The notes: generated by a model not told the origin, from the sequence alone. A DNA stretch of 64,000 nucleotides from a virus (IMGVR_UViG_3300021399_000159:2753-66752); one strand, 5' to 3'; counted from the stretch's first letter, positions 26,832-40,576 are shown. A program made the numbers and translations.

Positions 26832-29800
26832 ATGGCTGAATATAACCAACATGTTTGGGAAGCAGGAGAAGCGATAACTCCAGAAAAAGTTAATAATATG
26901 GAGCGAGGAATTGCTGGAGCATATCGTCTAGCGAATGATGCTACCACTGCTGCAGAAGGATTAAATTCACGAATTAATACATTATCTAATGATATACAAA
27001 ATACTAATGATAAAATTGGCGGAGAATATGATGCTTCTAATACTGTTGCAAACAATATCAGGCAAATAGTAGATAGTATAAGCCAAATTACTGTATCATA
27101 GGAACATGGTGAATTAGCATGGGCAGAGTTAGTTGACGCGGGCGTGGCATATGATACTAGCACGCAAAGAGTTACTCGAAAGCTAAAAGAAATATTTTAG
27201 GATTACGCTAAAGTTGTAGATTTAAACTCTGCAGTGGATGATATACTACAAAGATTCTAGCAAGCATATACTACTCCATCACCGAATGATACGGTATTAG
27301 TTAATGGCGCAACACAACGAGTTTCTTCTTTAGCGCAACGTATTTAGCATATCTATAATACAATTACTGCCGTAGATAATAAATTTGGTAGCGATTTTAC
27401 AAGTGATGCTACAGTTTCTGCTAGAGTGCAAGAACTCAATGACTAGTTATAGCTTTTAAGTGACAGTTTAGGCAGCATTTCCGGTGTTAATTTAAGTGAG
27501 CGCATTAGTGCTTTAGACGGCGGTAATATTACTTCTAGAGATGACTTACCAACTAGAAACATTAAGTCATTAATTACAGAAATTAATGCAGCGCATGAGT
27601 CTACTGCTTTTACTAGCGGTGGCGCTGCGGCTACATATGATAACTTAGATGCACGTTTTGAAGACGATGAAACTCGTATCTTAGGTATTAATTCAGAAAT
27701 TAACGCCGCTCATAAAAACTATGCTTCAACTTTAGAAGAACGCTTTAAGGCGATTGACGGAGATAGCAAGCCTTCTCGTACATTACCAAATGTTATTGCG
27801 GAATTAGAAACTGCACGTAATGGGGCAGATAATCTAAATACTCGTTTGAATGCCTTAGATAATACACAGGCAAATGATAGTTTAATTAGCCGCGTTTCTA
27901 CATTAGAAACTGGAAAAATTGATAAAACGAATATTGAAAATGGACTAACTGTTCAGCCTGAAGTTTCAGGTAAAGTATTAGATGCCCGTCAAGGTAAAGT
28001 TTTAAAAGAGTTAATTGATGGTGTAAATACTGACTTAGGCGGCCGTATAACCGCAACAGAAAATGCATTAACTACTTTAAATGGTGGAGCTTCTACTGAA
28101 GGTTCTGTATTAAATACAGTTAATACTCGAATTGCAGAAGTGGTAGCTGATGCGCCAGCGGCTTTTGACACATTAAAAGAAATTGCGGATTGGATTGGTG
28201 ACCATAACAGTGATGCATTAGAAATGCAGCAGAATATTATTACCTTGCAAAACACTGTAAATGACCCTAATTCTGGACTTGCTGCGACAAAAGCTATCGC
28301 TGATGCAGCCGCGGTAAAAACAGAAGTTGATGCTTCTTTAAATGGTTTAGATGCTCGTTTAGACGCAATTGATGGCGGTGAAACATTAACTGGTGCATCT
28401 ACATTAGCAGAGCGAGTGGGCGCAGCGGAAACGGCTATTACAAATCTATAGAAAGAACCCAAGTCTGCGACAAAAATCGTTGCAGTTTTACCCGCTACCG
28501 GTGATTCTAGTAAAGATTATTTAGTCGGACCAAATGAAGAAGGCCAGTATTTTTATTACAAATGGATTAATAACGATTGGCATTTAATTAGCGGCGGAAA
28601 TAATGGAGAGGCCGGAAACAGCAACTCCGAAGTATATGCTGATTATACCGCATTTTAGAGTGCAGATCCAGAGGAAAATAAAGACTATTATGTTTTTAAT
28701 ACACAAGATAATATTTATCATCATTATAGATATATTCCTACAGGGAATCCACAAGAGCCATTTGAACTAATTAAAATTGGGCAAACCATTAGTACCGATA
28801 ACATTAAACGGTATAATCTAACATCTTCTGTAGAAGGAGAAAATGATAATCAAAAAAATTATCTTGATTTATATGAGTTTGATTATGGTACTGATAATAC
28901 TGAATTCTCTGAAGGCAGACGTGTTGCTCATATTAAATTAGTAGGCGGCAGCGGTGGTGGTACTATTTCTAGCCGTAAATTTACTAGAATTACAGCAAAA
29001 TCTATCAATATTGCAAAAGGTTCTAGCGATCCTCTACCACTAAGATTCTTCTATACAACAGGAATTGCAAATGAAAGTGATAATTATACTTTAACTCAAT
29101 CTAGCCGTTCTATTGCAGAGCATGTCATAGATGAAGGAACACTTAATAGCGGCAATCCCGCTGATGCATCTACCACTTGGCCTGATACAGTAACTACAGG
29201 ATTCTATGGGTTAGATATTTCTTAGTATTGCAAAAATGCAGATGCGGAAGTATAGACATTTATATTAAAAGCATACGACCCAGATAATCCAGATATCTAT
29301 ACAACAATCAGTTGGAATGTTAATATTATTAATTTAAGTATTGGTTCTAACTTTACTTAGAGTTCTGTTTCAGCATTAAATCAAACAGTACGTTTTTCTT
29401 ATATTCCTACAGGAAATGTTGAAAAGACTGCTGTATTTGAATTAGATAATACAGTAATAGGCTCTGTATCTTTAAGCGCGAGAACTATTAGTGAACAGAC
29501 TTATGATATTAGTATGCCAACAACCGGAGAGGGAGTCTATCAATTAAAAGCTTATTTAACCGCAACTCTTAGCGGGACTACTATTACTAGTGACCCCGTA
29601 TATCGCGATTTAATTTGGCGTGATAGCTCTAGTACTAATATTATTCTAGGTTCGCCGTACAGAGGCAGAAATATTCCAGTGACCCAATATGACACAATAT
29701 CAATTCCATATAGTGTTTCTGGTAATTTAAGCTCCTATCACGTATAGCTCTTTGTAGATAATATGGATACTCCTATTAATGAAACTACTTTAATGAACAG

Positions 29801-32800
29801 TAATGGTGGAACTTGGAGTTATAAGCCATTAGTCGTTGGAAATCATCCAGTAAAGATTCAGGTAGAGGATGTATCTCTAACCTTTACTCTAGTAGTATCA
29901 GAAATTAATGTTGACATTAAGCCTGTAGAAACTGATTTAGTTTTAGATTTTAATCCACAAGGATTGAATAATAATTCTAATGCAGCTCGCAATTGGACTA
30001 ATGGCACCTATCATTTAACTACTTCTGATAATTTCGACTGGTATAATGGTGGTTATGGTCAAGATGCAGATGGTGAATACTTCCTAGTTAAGTCTGGTAC
30101 TCGCGCGTATATTGACTATAAAATGTTTAAAGCGGGAACAGAATCTACAACTGACGGAAATACTACTATTACAACTACTACTAGTTCAGTCTATAGCACT
30201 GGTCAAGAAATGAAAGTTATTTTCAAAACTAGCGCAGTACGTTCTATTGACGCAGTATGGTTTAGTAATACAGGCCGTTATGATACTAGCGTAGATAAAG
30301 AAGTAGGAATACAGTTAAGTACTCACTCCGGATGGTTAAAGACAGATAATGCAGGCGTAGTTGTGGATGATAATGAAGCAATTACTAATACATACTTGTA
30401 TTTCCCCTATTCTGAAGATGATAGAATTGAATTAGACATAAATATCAACAAAGAAGACCAAGCTACAAAGAGCGGCAGCTTTATTATGTCTTATGAAGAT
30501 GGTGTACCAAGTAAAGCGTACGCTTATACTCATGGACAAAAACTATATCATGCTGAAAATAATGAAGCAATTATTACAATTGGTTCTGATGATTGTGATA
30601 CATATATTTATAGATTGCGCGTTTATAATAATGAGTTAAGTGCCGCCCAAGTATTACGTAACTTTATTGCTGATGGTAAAGATATAGATGAATGTATTGC
30701 TCGGTATGACCGCAACTGTATTTATTATGATTCTACTAATCAAGAATACAGTCCTTATGCTGATGATAATTTTGTATTAGACCCTGAAGCACTGGCCTCT
30801 CGTATTCCAGATGTTAAGGTGCTAATGTTAGATGCTCCAACATTTACATTAAATAAAAAGAGCTTCATTCAAGATTCTTCATTAAGATGCATTCATGCCG
30901 CAGGCGGTAAAGTATATCCAAGCCGCGGCGCGGCAGATAACTGGAAATTTGAACATGGTTATCATGCTGGTCAGGGCACTACCTCTGATAAATACGGTGA
31001 TGCAGGACGTAACTTAGACTTTATCTTTAACTGTGATGGAACACATAAACCTACAGATAAAGTTAAGCCAATTGCTGGATATGTATCATAGGTAACTACT
31101 GGTTATGGTACTCCCGATGCTCAGGTTTCTACAGTTACCGGATGGATGGAAGACGGCGGAAAAGTCTCACTAACAAAGACTTCTGTACCTAATAACTTCT
31201 TTAACTTTAAAGTAAATATTGCGTCTTCTGAAAATGTCAATAATGCGCTATTACAGAAACGATATAACGATTTCTTACCTTATGTTTCTCCAGCAAGCGT
31301 TAATCAAAAGGCAAAACATACTGGCTATAGCGCTGACGTTGAAATTAAAAATGATATGGAATTTGTTCCTGCGGTATTATTTGTAAAAGAAAGTAATCCA
31401 TCTATTGCTTCTCATAGTGAATTTAAAGACAATGATTGGCACTTCTATGCTTTAGGTAATTTAGGAGACTCTAAGAAAACTGACTATACCAGAGCATATG
31501 ATCCAGATGATCCTTATGAATTTACTATTGAAATTTCTGATAATAATACCAATAACTCACAATTCCAGACTGGTGTATATAAACTAAATGGGCAAGAACA
31601 ATTAGAGGAATTTACCGTTGATTAGGATATGAAAGATGGTGAGCCAATTCCAGGATCTTACACTGCACATGGTACTTCTGGCGCAATTGATCCATACAAT
31701 TATGTATATCCAATTACTTCAGAGCAATGGAATGAATGGGATACAGAAAATAATAGATATAAGAATAAAGCTCACTGGTCATTAGTAAATGAGCCTTATG
31801 ATGGCGACCATTCATTTGAAATGCGTTATGCTTATTTAGGCAACTACCGTGACGGCAAAATTGTAAACGGTGATACCAATACTGCTAATAGCATATTAGA
31901 GAAAAATAGTAAGATTTGGCAAGCTTTCTACAGCTGGGTAGTAACTGCTGATAATGAGACATTCGTTCGTGATCTAGATCAGTGGTGCGTTCGCAGCGCA
32001 GTAGAATTCTGGTATGCCTTTACTCACTATTATACAATGATGGATAGCCGCGCGAAAAACACTTTCTGGCATTTTGCTAAGACTGGTATTCATAGGGCAG
32101 TAATTAATCCTATTCCTGAAATGCTACATGTATATGATGAAGAAACCGAAGAAGGCTCTGGAATATTTGAAAGAACTAGTGATACAGTCATTGATCCTCA
32201 AAAGACATATTATACAGAATATGCATTTGATATGTGGGATTATGATAATGATACTGCCTTAGGTATTAATAATAATGGTGAGTTAATTTTCCCATATGGA
32301 AAAGAAGATAGCGACTTTACTGTTGATGGAGATCCTGCCTCTGGACGTGTATTTAACGGCGCGGGTTCTGTTTTCTGGCGTCGTCTGCGTGACTTATGCA
32401 CACGTGAAATTAGTGATATATTTACTACTGTTAATGAACAGTTCTTTAGCGCCAATAGTCTAATTGAACAGTTTGACAAATTCCAAGAATGTTATCCTGA
32501 AGCCTTATGGCAAGTGGACATTCAGCGTAAATATATTCGTCCATTTACAGGTGAATCATTAGACAATTCCATTGAACGCACTAATACAGCTTTCTTAAAG
32601 AGTATGATGCAAGGCCGCAAGAAATATCAACGCCGTCAATGGATTAAAGATCAATATTATTATTTTGGTAGTAAATATAAGCTTAGTAATATTATGAATG
32701 ACCGTTTCCTTATGGACTGCTATACTGGACCTGATGATGCATTAATTGCCGATTTAATCGCGCAAGGAAAAACTGAAGAAGCAAGTCAATATGTAGCATC

Positions 32801-35800
32801 TAATTGGAATATTACTATTACTCCATATTAGAATATGTATTTAAATGCAGACTTTGGTGAAACTAGTAGCACTCCTATTCGTGCAATTGCGGGTAAACCT
32901 TATGAATTTGTTGGTATATTCCCTTCAATGAGTAATAGCCGCATTTATATTTATGGCGCTTCTCGTTTACAGGCATTAGAAGGAAAAGCAAAGAGAGAAG
33001 ACCCTGATGATCCAGAAAAGATTACTGGAGCAGAAGGCTTAGCTTCTTTATACATCGGACGTAATGAATTCTAGAGAACGGATAAATTACGTAAATTAAA
33101 TCTAGGCTCTGATAAACCTACTTATCGTAATACAAACTTCGCTTCTCTGAATCTATCAGTTAATAGCCCAGTCTTAGAAGAATTGAATATAAAGAATTGT
33201 GGCAGTTTAACTGGTGAATAGAATTTGTCCGGATGTAATAATTTACGTATCTTAGAAGCAGAGGGCACAACCTTAACTAATATTATTTTACCATCTTCTT
33301 CTTAGATTACAACATTACATTTACCATCTACAATTACTAGCTTAACTCTACGTTCTGCGCGTTTGCTTAATGATTTATCTGTTAAGAATAAAGCAACGGG
33401 CTTACAAGACTATAGTAATATTCACGAGATGCTAATTGATAATAGCGATTATAGCGCTAATATTAATTGGTTAACTATTTCAAGTGGTATATTAGATAAC
33501 TTAAATTATTTATACTTATTGAACTTAAATAATTCATCAGTAGTTAATATTAATGAATTAGAAGTCTTTAAAGAGAAACGTGATAGCTTATCTAACTCTA
33601 ACTTGTTACAGTTAAGTGGTACAATTCATGTATTAGGAAATTGGAGTCAGGTTGAAAAAGATTCTTATGGCGGCTTACCAACCAGTATTTGGCCAGACTT
33701 AAATATTGACACTACCAGTGGAACTGAATAGATTAAATGTAAAGTTATTTACATGGAAAGTGAATATTAGGGTATACCCGCAAGAGAGATAGAAACTAGA
33801 TATATCTCTTCAAATGGCACAGACGCTGAACGCGTAATTCCAGATATTTATCCTGGTTACGCAACAAACGGCTTCTACTCACGTCCTTCAAGTATCTCAA
33901 CAGTATATCAATTTGGTAGTATTGTGCAAGATAGTTATGAGATGTACTCTGGCTGGTCATTATCTCAAGGAAGCAATGCTACTCCTCTAAGTGATACATA
34001 TAGCGCGTTTAATCCTTATCGTGCTAACGCATTTGTATCTGAAATAACTCTATATACTTATTACAATACTACTCCTCATATTTATGCTGTAAAATGGTAT
34101 TTAGATGATACAGTAGTAAAGACAGTAAACAATCAATCTTATGGAGATGGATATAATCTAGAAGCTCCAACCGCAAAAGAATTAAGAAGCGCCGGTTATG
34201 AAATCGCGAAAGTTGATTTCAATACCAATGGCACTGTTACTTATAGAATTTTTGATGGTTGGCAGAAACTTCCTACTAATATCGCTCCAAGTACTGAAGA
34301 AGCTTAGACAAGTATTTATAGAATTGATGCAAAGTGGCATGAAGCAACCGTACCTCTTACTGGTAGCAATGGATTATTTAGCAATGTAAGTTCACCTAGC
34401 TTAGAGCAATTATTCGTACTTTCTCGTATGGATACAAATTTACGCGCTACAGTGCCTGATAGCCAAAATATTGTACCTACTATGAAGTATGAATATAATA
34501 TGGGTTTTGAAGGTACTAAAGATACAGGCATCAATATACTAAATACTACAAGTGCCCGTCGTTTCCCAGATAGCAATAATGTTTCTGGCGACCAAACCAA
34601 TGGAATACAGCCATTCAGTACTAATGATGGCTTCACATTAGTATTAGATTATCAATTTGATAGCACACAGACTATTCGTGGTACTGCAAATGTATTAGTT
34701 GGATGCTATGGAAAGAATAGTGGTAATGTAACTGGTTTCGCTTTATATAACTATAGAAATACCAATAGCCTTACTAATGAAATCAGAATAGGTTATGGTG
34801 ATATGTTTAATGATAGCAGCAAATCAGTAGTCCTACATAATCCAAATCAACGTAATATCGTTGTATTACGTCATCCAAAAGGCTCAGCTCAATTATGGAT
34901 ATATTCTAGTGCCGGCGCCGGTAATGTTACTAGCGCTTCACTTACAATTCCTACTCCAATTAATACTACAACATAGGTAACAACTGATGCGATAATTTGT
35001 CTCGGTAATTTACGTAGTGATTTAGCTTCAACAAGTGGTTACACTTGGGAAGCAAATAACTTAAGTAACGCACAAGGCACTATTTATTGGGCTAGATACT
35101 GGAATGAGGACTTAGGTGCGGGCGAATGTAAACAGCTTGCCGCATGGCCGCATGAACGCATGACCGCTATCATTGCCGCGATTAACAATGATAAGACCAA
35201 TGATACTGCAACTCGTCCTAGTATTTATTTAACCAATTTAACCGCTTCTAGTCATGCCTTTGTACTCCCAACAAAATTTGGTCAAGCGTTGGGTACAGTT
35301 GAAGGTTATGGCAATTCAGATGCAAAAACCATATGCGATTCAAGGTTATTCCCTGGATTACCAGTCAGACTATAGGCGATATTAGGTCATCCTAATATTG
35401 GTTATATGAATTATGTAACACGGGCTGATGAATTTGGTGCTGTTACTTATCAACTTAGTCAAGGCACAGAGAGTACAGATGCATTTGTATACGCGCCATC
35501 TGTTAGTAGTTTACGTTATAACGCTACTCAATATCAAGGAGAATCAATGTTAGAAAGAACTGGAAATGCACAAAATGAAAGTAGTGATATTACACCATAT
35601 GCTTGGATTGGAGATACGTCTTCAATGTAGGTAAGGATATATGACACTAGCGTTGAAGGAAATTGGAGAACTGGTGATAGTAATGCTAATTATTATAATA
35701 TTAGATTCGCCAATAAACCTTATACATGGTCAGGCTCTAATAATATGAGAATATTCTATATACCTTCCAATACTCTAGCCAATACAAGTATTTATACAGC

Positions 35801-36125
35801 AATTGGTTCTGCTAATATTCAGGCAAATGATATCGTAATTATTGAGAATGATGCGGCTTATATTTATATCACACCTTCTGAATATAATACTTATGGTATA
35901 TTTACAGAAGTACAAGGTGACACAAATTCTCTATTTAATACTAATAAACAAGGTGGATGGCTTAAAGCATCTGCATATACAACTCGTTCAGTATCTTATG
36001 GAACTACAAATAGCAACTTTATTTATATTAATCGAAGCGGTACTATAGTTGTTCCTGAAACTACTGGATAGCAGCCAGCAAACGCAGTTGGCGTATTAGG
36101 TATAGACTTTGCATTTACAATTTAA
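26832..36125 (+). CDS. Giant (~3,097 aa) probable virion protein with CotH-kinase-like and LRR regions (>=25 TAG=Gln)
   Basis: Twelve tracked plus-strand ORFs are all in one frame, separated by TAG; AAGGAGG RBS; TAA at 36125 followed by terminator. Confidence 0.8.
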
Positions 36126-36132
36126 TCGGGGA

Positions 36133-36165
36133 CGGAGACGGAAGTAATTCCGTCTCCTCCTTTTT
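36133..36165 (+). terminator. Intrinsic terminator
   Basis: GGAGACGGAA-GTAA-TTCCGTCTCC + T run. Confidence 0.75.
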
Positions 36166-36178
36166 GGAGGAATAAAAG

Positions 36179-36928
36179 ATGAAATATTTTAAAATATTAG
36201 TAAATAATGTAATTATTGGCGTGGTTACATCTAATGAATTTATGCGTTATTTGCCAATAACCGATTGCTTTGTACGTGCAACAGAATAGAATGGAGAATA
36301 TGTCACTTATAAAGGAAAGTTCTATAGAGCAACTTGGATGACTCCAATGACATAGCAAGTCGATTATATTGACGCATTAATTATAGATATTACTAAAGAA
36401 GAATATGATGTTCTTAAAGCGGCAATTGATAATAATGAGCAGATACCGCCACAAGATGATGATGACGAGCAGGAAGAAGAGACGCCAACTCCGATTCCAT
36501 ATGTTGATCCTATTGATGCAGAAACATTAGAATTTGTTCGTACTTCTAAAATCAATGAAATGTCCTAGAAATGCCGTAAAACAATTGAACAAGGCTTTGA
36601 TATTATTATACGAGATAAGACGTCTCACTTTTCTCTTACCACTGAAGATTAGCTTAACCTTGTTAATTTAAATGAAATGGCTAAAACTTAGGATTTAATT
36701 CCCTATCATGCAGATGGAGAATCAGTAGTATTTTATACCAAAGAAGAATTTAATTCCATTATTTCCGCGGCAAATTCATTAAAAATCTATCAGACAACTT
36801 ATTATAATGCTTTAAAAGATTATATTAATTCTTTAGAAACAATTGAAGAAATTGCCGCAATTTATTATGGAATTGAAATCCCACAAGAATTTAAAACTGA
36901 AGTTTTGAAGGTACTTGAATACAATTAA
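36179..36928 (+). CDS. DUF4376-like tail-associated protein (249 aa; TAG=Gln)
   Basis: C-terminal KINEMS..C...I..GF...HFSLT.EDQ.N...YHADG pattern; completely missed in standard code. Confidence 0.7.
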
Positions 36929-36945
36929 TATAGGAGGCAATAGTC

Positions 36946-37254
36946 ATGAAAATTATTAAATGCCTATGTGAAGATATTGAAAATACATTAGATGCGGCAG
37001 AACATGATATTAAAGAGGCCCTAATGTATAAAGAAGAGTATCCAATTGCGGCAAAATCTTTCTATGCAAAGTCAGTTGCATTAATGGATACTATTAAATT
37101 ATAGCATGATGCAGTGGTAGCCTTAATTGATTAGGTAAGAAAAGAGAAAGGAGAACCACCGGCACCAATGATGGCAATTTATGACTATATGCATGAGCGT
37201 CAGATTAATAAGGCCGCCGCAATACGTGCACTACAAGATATGTATTCTAAATAA
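36946..37254 (+). CDS. Helical/ferritin-like hypothetical protein (102 aa; 2 TAG=Gln)
   Basis: AGGAGG RBS; MKIIKCLCEDIE...LQH...YDYMHE. Confidence 0.7.
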
Positions 37255-37276
37255 TAATTAATGGAGGGGATGCCAT

Positions 37277-37669
37277 ATGAAAAACAAAGCGAAAAAAGTA
37301 GCCAAGGCCGCGTTACAGTATAGTAAATGGATGAGTAGATTTATCTGTTGGGTTTGGGCAGCTTACCGATTTTCTGCCTTAATTGCCGCAACGATTACAC
37401 CTCAGGCCGCGGAAGCATTGGCATCCACTCTCTACAATTTGGACTGGATTATGTTAGTTAATGAGGGTACTTACTTAATTAATAGCCTAGGAGAAAAGTA
37501 TATATATAGCGATAGGTTTATATTTAAATGGCTAGAAACTGGCGGATTTAAACAATTAATGAATCGAGTAAGTACCCTCAATACTTCACGCAATGAAGAA
37601 TTTAATGAAGAAGTTCGAGAGGAAATAGAAGAGGAGGCGACTGATGATGGCTCTGATTCATGCGGCTGA
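37277..37669 (+). CDS. Membrane protein in lysis cassette (holin/antiholin-like)
   Basis: N-terminal hydrophobic helices, acidic tail, directly upstream of the endolysin. Confidence 0.55.
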   Translation: MKNKAKKVAKAALQYSKWMSRFICWVWAAYRFSALIAATITPQAAEALASTLYNLDWIMLVNEGTYLINSLGEKYIYSDRFIFKWLETGGFKQLMNRVSTLNTSRNEEFNEEVREEIEEEATDDGSDSCG

Positions 37670-38339
37670 CTTAATAGATAAGTTTAAATATGCTTATGAT
37701 AGTAAATGGGGTTATATCATTAATACAGCTGGTATTTTATGGACTCAAGAAAAATAGAATACGGTAACTGATGCTATGGCTAAAGAGTATGGAAGCAAAT
37801 GGATAGGCCGCTATGTCGCAGACTGTTCTGGTCTATTTACATGGGCTTTCAAGAAATTAGGAGGATATATGTATCACGGTTCTAATACTATGTGGAATAA
37901 ATATTGTGCTGCTCAGGGGAAACTCCGCGATGGAATAAGAACTGATGGACAAAAGTTATTGCCTGGAACTGCGGTTTTTACGCTGCGCAATGGTAACGAT
38001 AGGTATCATGTTGGCCTTTATATAGGCAACGGAGAAGTAATTGAAGCTAGCGGAACAAGAGTTGGCGTTATAAAAAGTAAGATTACAAATAGTAAATGGG
38101 CAGAATGGGGCGAACTTAAAGGAGTAGATTATTCTACTAATACTGATAATACTCCTAATGTTGGTAGCGCAGTGGTCAATGATGTTCGAGTAGCATTACG
38201 CACTGGTCCATCTACAAAGGATGACGTAATTTTACGCGTTGATAAAGGTGAACGTGTACAGGTGCTAGGTGAAAGTTGGACAAAAGTTTCTTACTAGGGA
38301 AGAACTGGATATATGATGACTAAGTTTTTAAATACTTGA
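37644..38339 (+). CDS. Endolysin: NlpC/P60 + SH3b (231 aa; 2 TAG=Gln)
   Basis: ADCSGLF catalytic Cys, YHVGLY His; SH3b ends WTKVSY-Q(TAG)-GRTGYMM. Confidence 0.85.
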
Positions 38340-38365
38340 CAACTTAATATAAAATATGATATAAT
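38336..38365 (+). promoter_or_regulatory. sigmaA-type promoter directly upstream of holin
   Basis: TTGACA-18-TATAAT with TG extension. Confidence 0.75.
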
Positions 38366-38388
38366 AAAAGAAAAAGGAGGTAATATTT

Positions 38389-38715
38389 ATGAATATTACT
38401 CAAATTTTACTTGGCTTAATTCTTATTCTTGGTGGAGTTTTTACATTAGTAGTATGGCCTTATATTAAGGCGCATGTATCTACTGAACAGCTTTCTATGT
38501 TAGCGGGAATCGCTTAGACAGTAGTTTTTGCGGCAGAAAAGATTTTCGGCGCAAAAATGGGCGAAGATAAGCTTAAATATGCTTTAAGTCTAGCAAAGCG
38601 GCTCCTAGAAAAGAAAGGCTTAACCTTTGATGAAGAAACTATTCGTGCAGCAATTGAAGCGCAGGTAGAACAGTTAGACCTTGACCAGAAGGCCGTGGAA
38701 GGTGCAGCTGAATGA
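38389..38715 (+). CDS. Phage holin, LL-H family-like (108 aa; TAG=Gln at codon 43)
   Basis: One N-terminal TM helix then VFAAE...G.DKL.YA...IRAAIEAQV pattern. Confidence 0.8.
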
Positions 38716-38990
38716 TAGTATATGTTAAAACTCAGAATGGCGGCACATTAAATTTGCGCCGTGACGCCTCTACCTCTAGCGCAGTTTTAGCATAGATTAA
38801 GAATGGTACTCAATTAGAGGTAGAACGTATAAATGACACTTGGTCTAAAACTACATTTCTTGAGAAAACAGGATATGTTATGAATAAATTCCTAAAAGAA
38901 AAGACCGAAAATTAGGATAAAGAAAATTTACAAAAAATCTATAATAGCTTAAAGGAAACTTTGGCTTTAATTGAACAAGCATTAAAGTGA
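38712..38990 (+). CDS. Stand-alone SH3b-domain protein (92 aa; 2 TAG=Gln)
   Basis: GGTLNLRRDASTSSAVLAQI.NGT...W...TGYVMNKFL. Confidence 0.75.
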
Positions 38991-38997
38991 GGTAATT

Positions 38998-39177
38998 ATG
39001 GAAGAATTTGGATGCTTTTATTGTTGGGATGCCAAACGCAAAAAAGAAAAAGAATACTTATACTTCTTTGACGCTGCGAATAATTTAAGACAATGTGATT
39101 ATTGTCCTAAATGCGGCCGCAAATATGGGGAGGAACCAATAAATGAATAGTTGGAATCAACCACAGCAGCAGAATAA
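38998..39177 (+). CDS. Small Zn-finger protein
   Basis: CFYC...CPKCG; ends 39150 if TAG is a stop. Confidence 0.6.
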
Positions 39178-39577
39178 TAATAATATAATGGGCCAAGCCC
39201 AATTTAATCCATATAGCTCATGGAATTTTCCAAATGCATAGCCAAGGACATTTAATCAACCATTACCAATTTATCACGCAGAACCAATTCATGGAGAAAA
39301 TGCTGCTTGGCAATTTCCTATGGGGCCTAATAGTGATATTTGGCTTCCAGATGCTGATGAGGATTTAATTTGGTGGATTAGAACAGATGCAAATGGTAAT
39401 AAAAATGTATAGCCATTTGATGTAAATCCACATAAAAAACCAGAGCAAGTAGATATGAATGATATTTTGACGCGATTAGGCGCACTGGAGGAATGGGTAA
39501 ATGGCAAGTAGAATAAGTCAAATGCGAAACGGAACGCCGCTGCCACAGCCACAGCAACTGAACCCGCAGGTAATTGA
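39143..39577 (+). CDS. Gln/Asn/Pro-rich hypothetical protein (144 aa; TAG=Gln)
   Basis: GGAGG RBS; open across 3 TAGs. Confidence 0.7.
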
Positions 39578-39779
39578 AGATACTAAGAGAATGATGGCGG
39601 CAATTTCTAATGCACAAAATCCATAGGTGGCTTTAGCTCAAATGATACAAAATAATCCAAATTCCGCGGCATTAGCAAATATGCTTAAGGGTAATGGAAG
39701 TTTAGAATCAATAGCGCGTCAAATGGCGCGAGAAAGAAACATTGATATAATTAGTTTAATTAACTCGTTAATGCGATAA
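39501..39779 (+). CDS. Gln/Met-rich small protein (92 aa; 1 TAG=Gln)
   Basis: GGAGG RBS; followed by terminator 39785-39815. Confidence 0.65.
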
Positions 39780-39940
39780 CAATATAAGTGCGATGAAAAT
39801 CGCACTTATTTTTTTTGTCCTTTTGAAAAAAATTACATGATTTTTTGCGGCTATACGTACATAATCTATGTTAGGAGAATTTAATAGCCATATAAAGCTA
39901 TTATTCTTATCTAATAATAATATAAAACGGAGTGGTCACA

Positions 39941-40576
39941 ATGGGCGAAAATGGTTTAAGTGCTTCTGATGTTGCTTTAATGAGCCGTGACGGCGAAGGC
40001 TATGGCGGCTGGGGCGGAATGATTTGGTTATTTGCTATTTTAGCTATGATGGGTGGCGGATTTGGCTTCGGCGGTGGCCGTGGTTACGAACAATATGCTA
40101 CTCGCGACCAGGTACAGAATGGTTTTGATACCCAGAATCTACAGGCTCAGACTCGTGATATTTTAACTGCCGTTAATAATGCTTCTATGGCTGGTATTCA
40201 GACTACTAATCAAGTTTATCATGATGTAGTAAGTTATGTTGGAGAAAAATATGATGAACTACAGCGCGATGTTGCCGGTTTAGCGGTTGGACAGGCTAAT
40301 CTTCTAGCGAAAGAGAACGAATGCTGCTGCTCTATCCTAAGGGCAATTGATGGTGTTAATTACAATGCAGCTATGAATACTGCATCTATTAATGCTAACA
40401 CTACAGCAGTCGGTCAAAAGATTCTTGATGCTATCATGGGCAACAAGATGGAAGCTATGCAGAATCGTATCAACCAGTTAGAACTCCAGAATCAACTTCA
40501 GGGCGTTGTTCGCTATCCAAATGGATGGACCTATAATGCCGGAAATTCTCCATTCTGCGGAGGATGCAATATGTAA
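39941..40576 (+). CDS. Gly-rich/CCC coiled-coil protein (spore-coat/PEP-C-like family)
   Basis: GWGGMIWLFAIL...ECCCSILRAI...RINQLELQ architecture. Confidence 0.65.
   Translation: MGENGLSASDVALMSRDGEGYGGWGGMIWLFAILAMMGGGFGFGGGRGYEQYATRDQVQNGFDTQNLQAQTRDILTAVNNASMAGIQTTNQVYHDVVSYVGEKYDELQRDVAGLAVGQANLLAKENECCCSILRAIDGVNYNAAMNTASINANTTAVGQKILDAIMGNKMEAMQNRINQLELQNQLQGVVRYPNGWTYNAGNSPFCGGCNM

Noticed and set aside
39830-39875. Sporulation sigma-K promoter before the 39941 gene
   Set aside because: CATAATCTA fits the -10 but no properly spaced -35 AC element was found.
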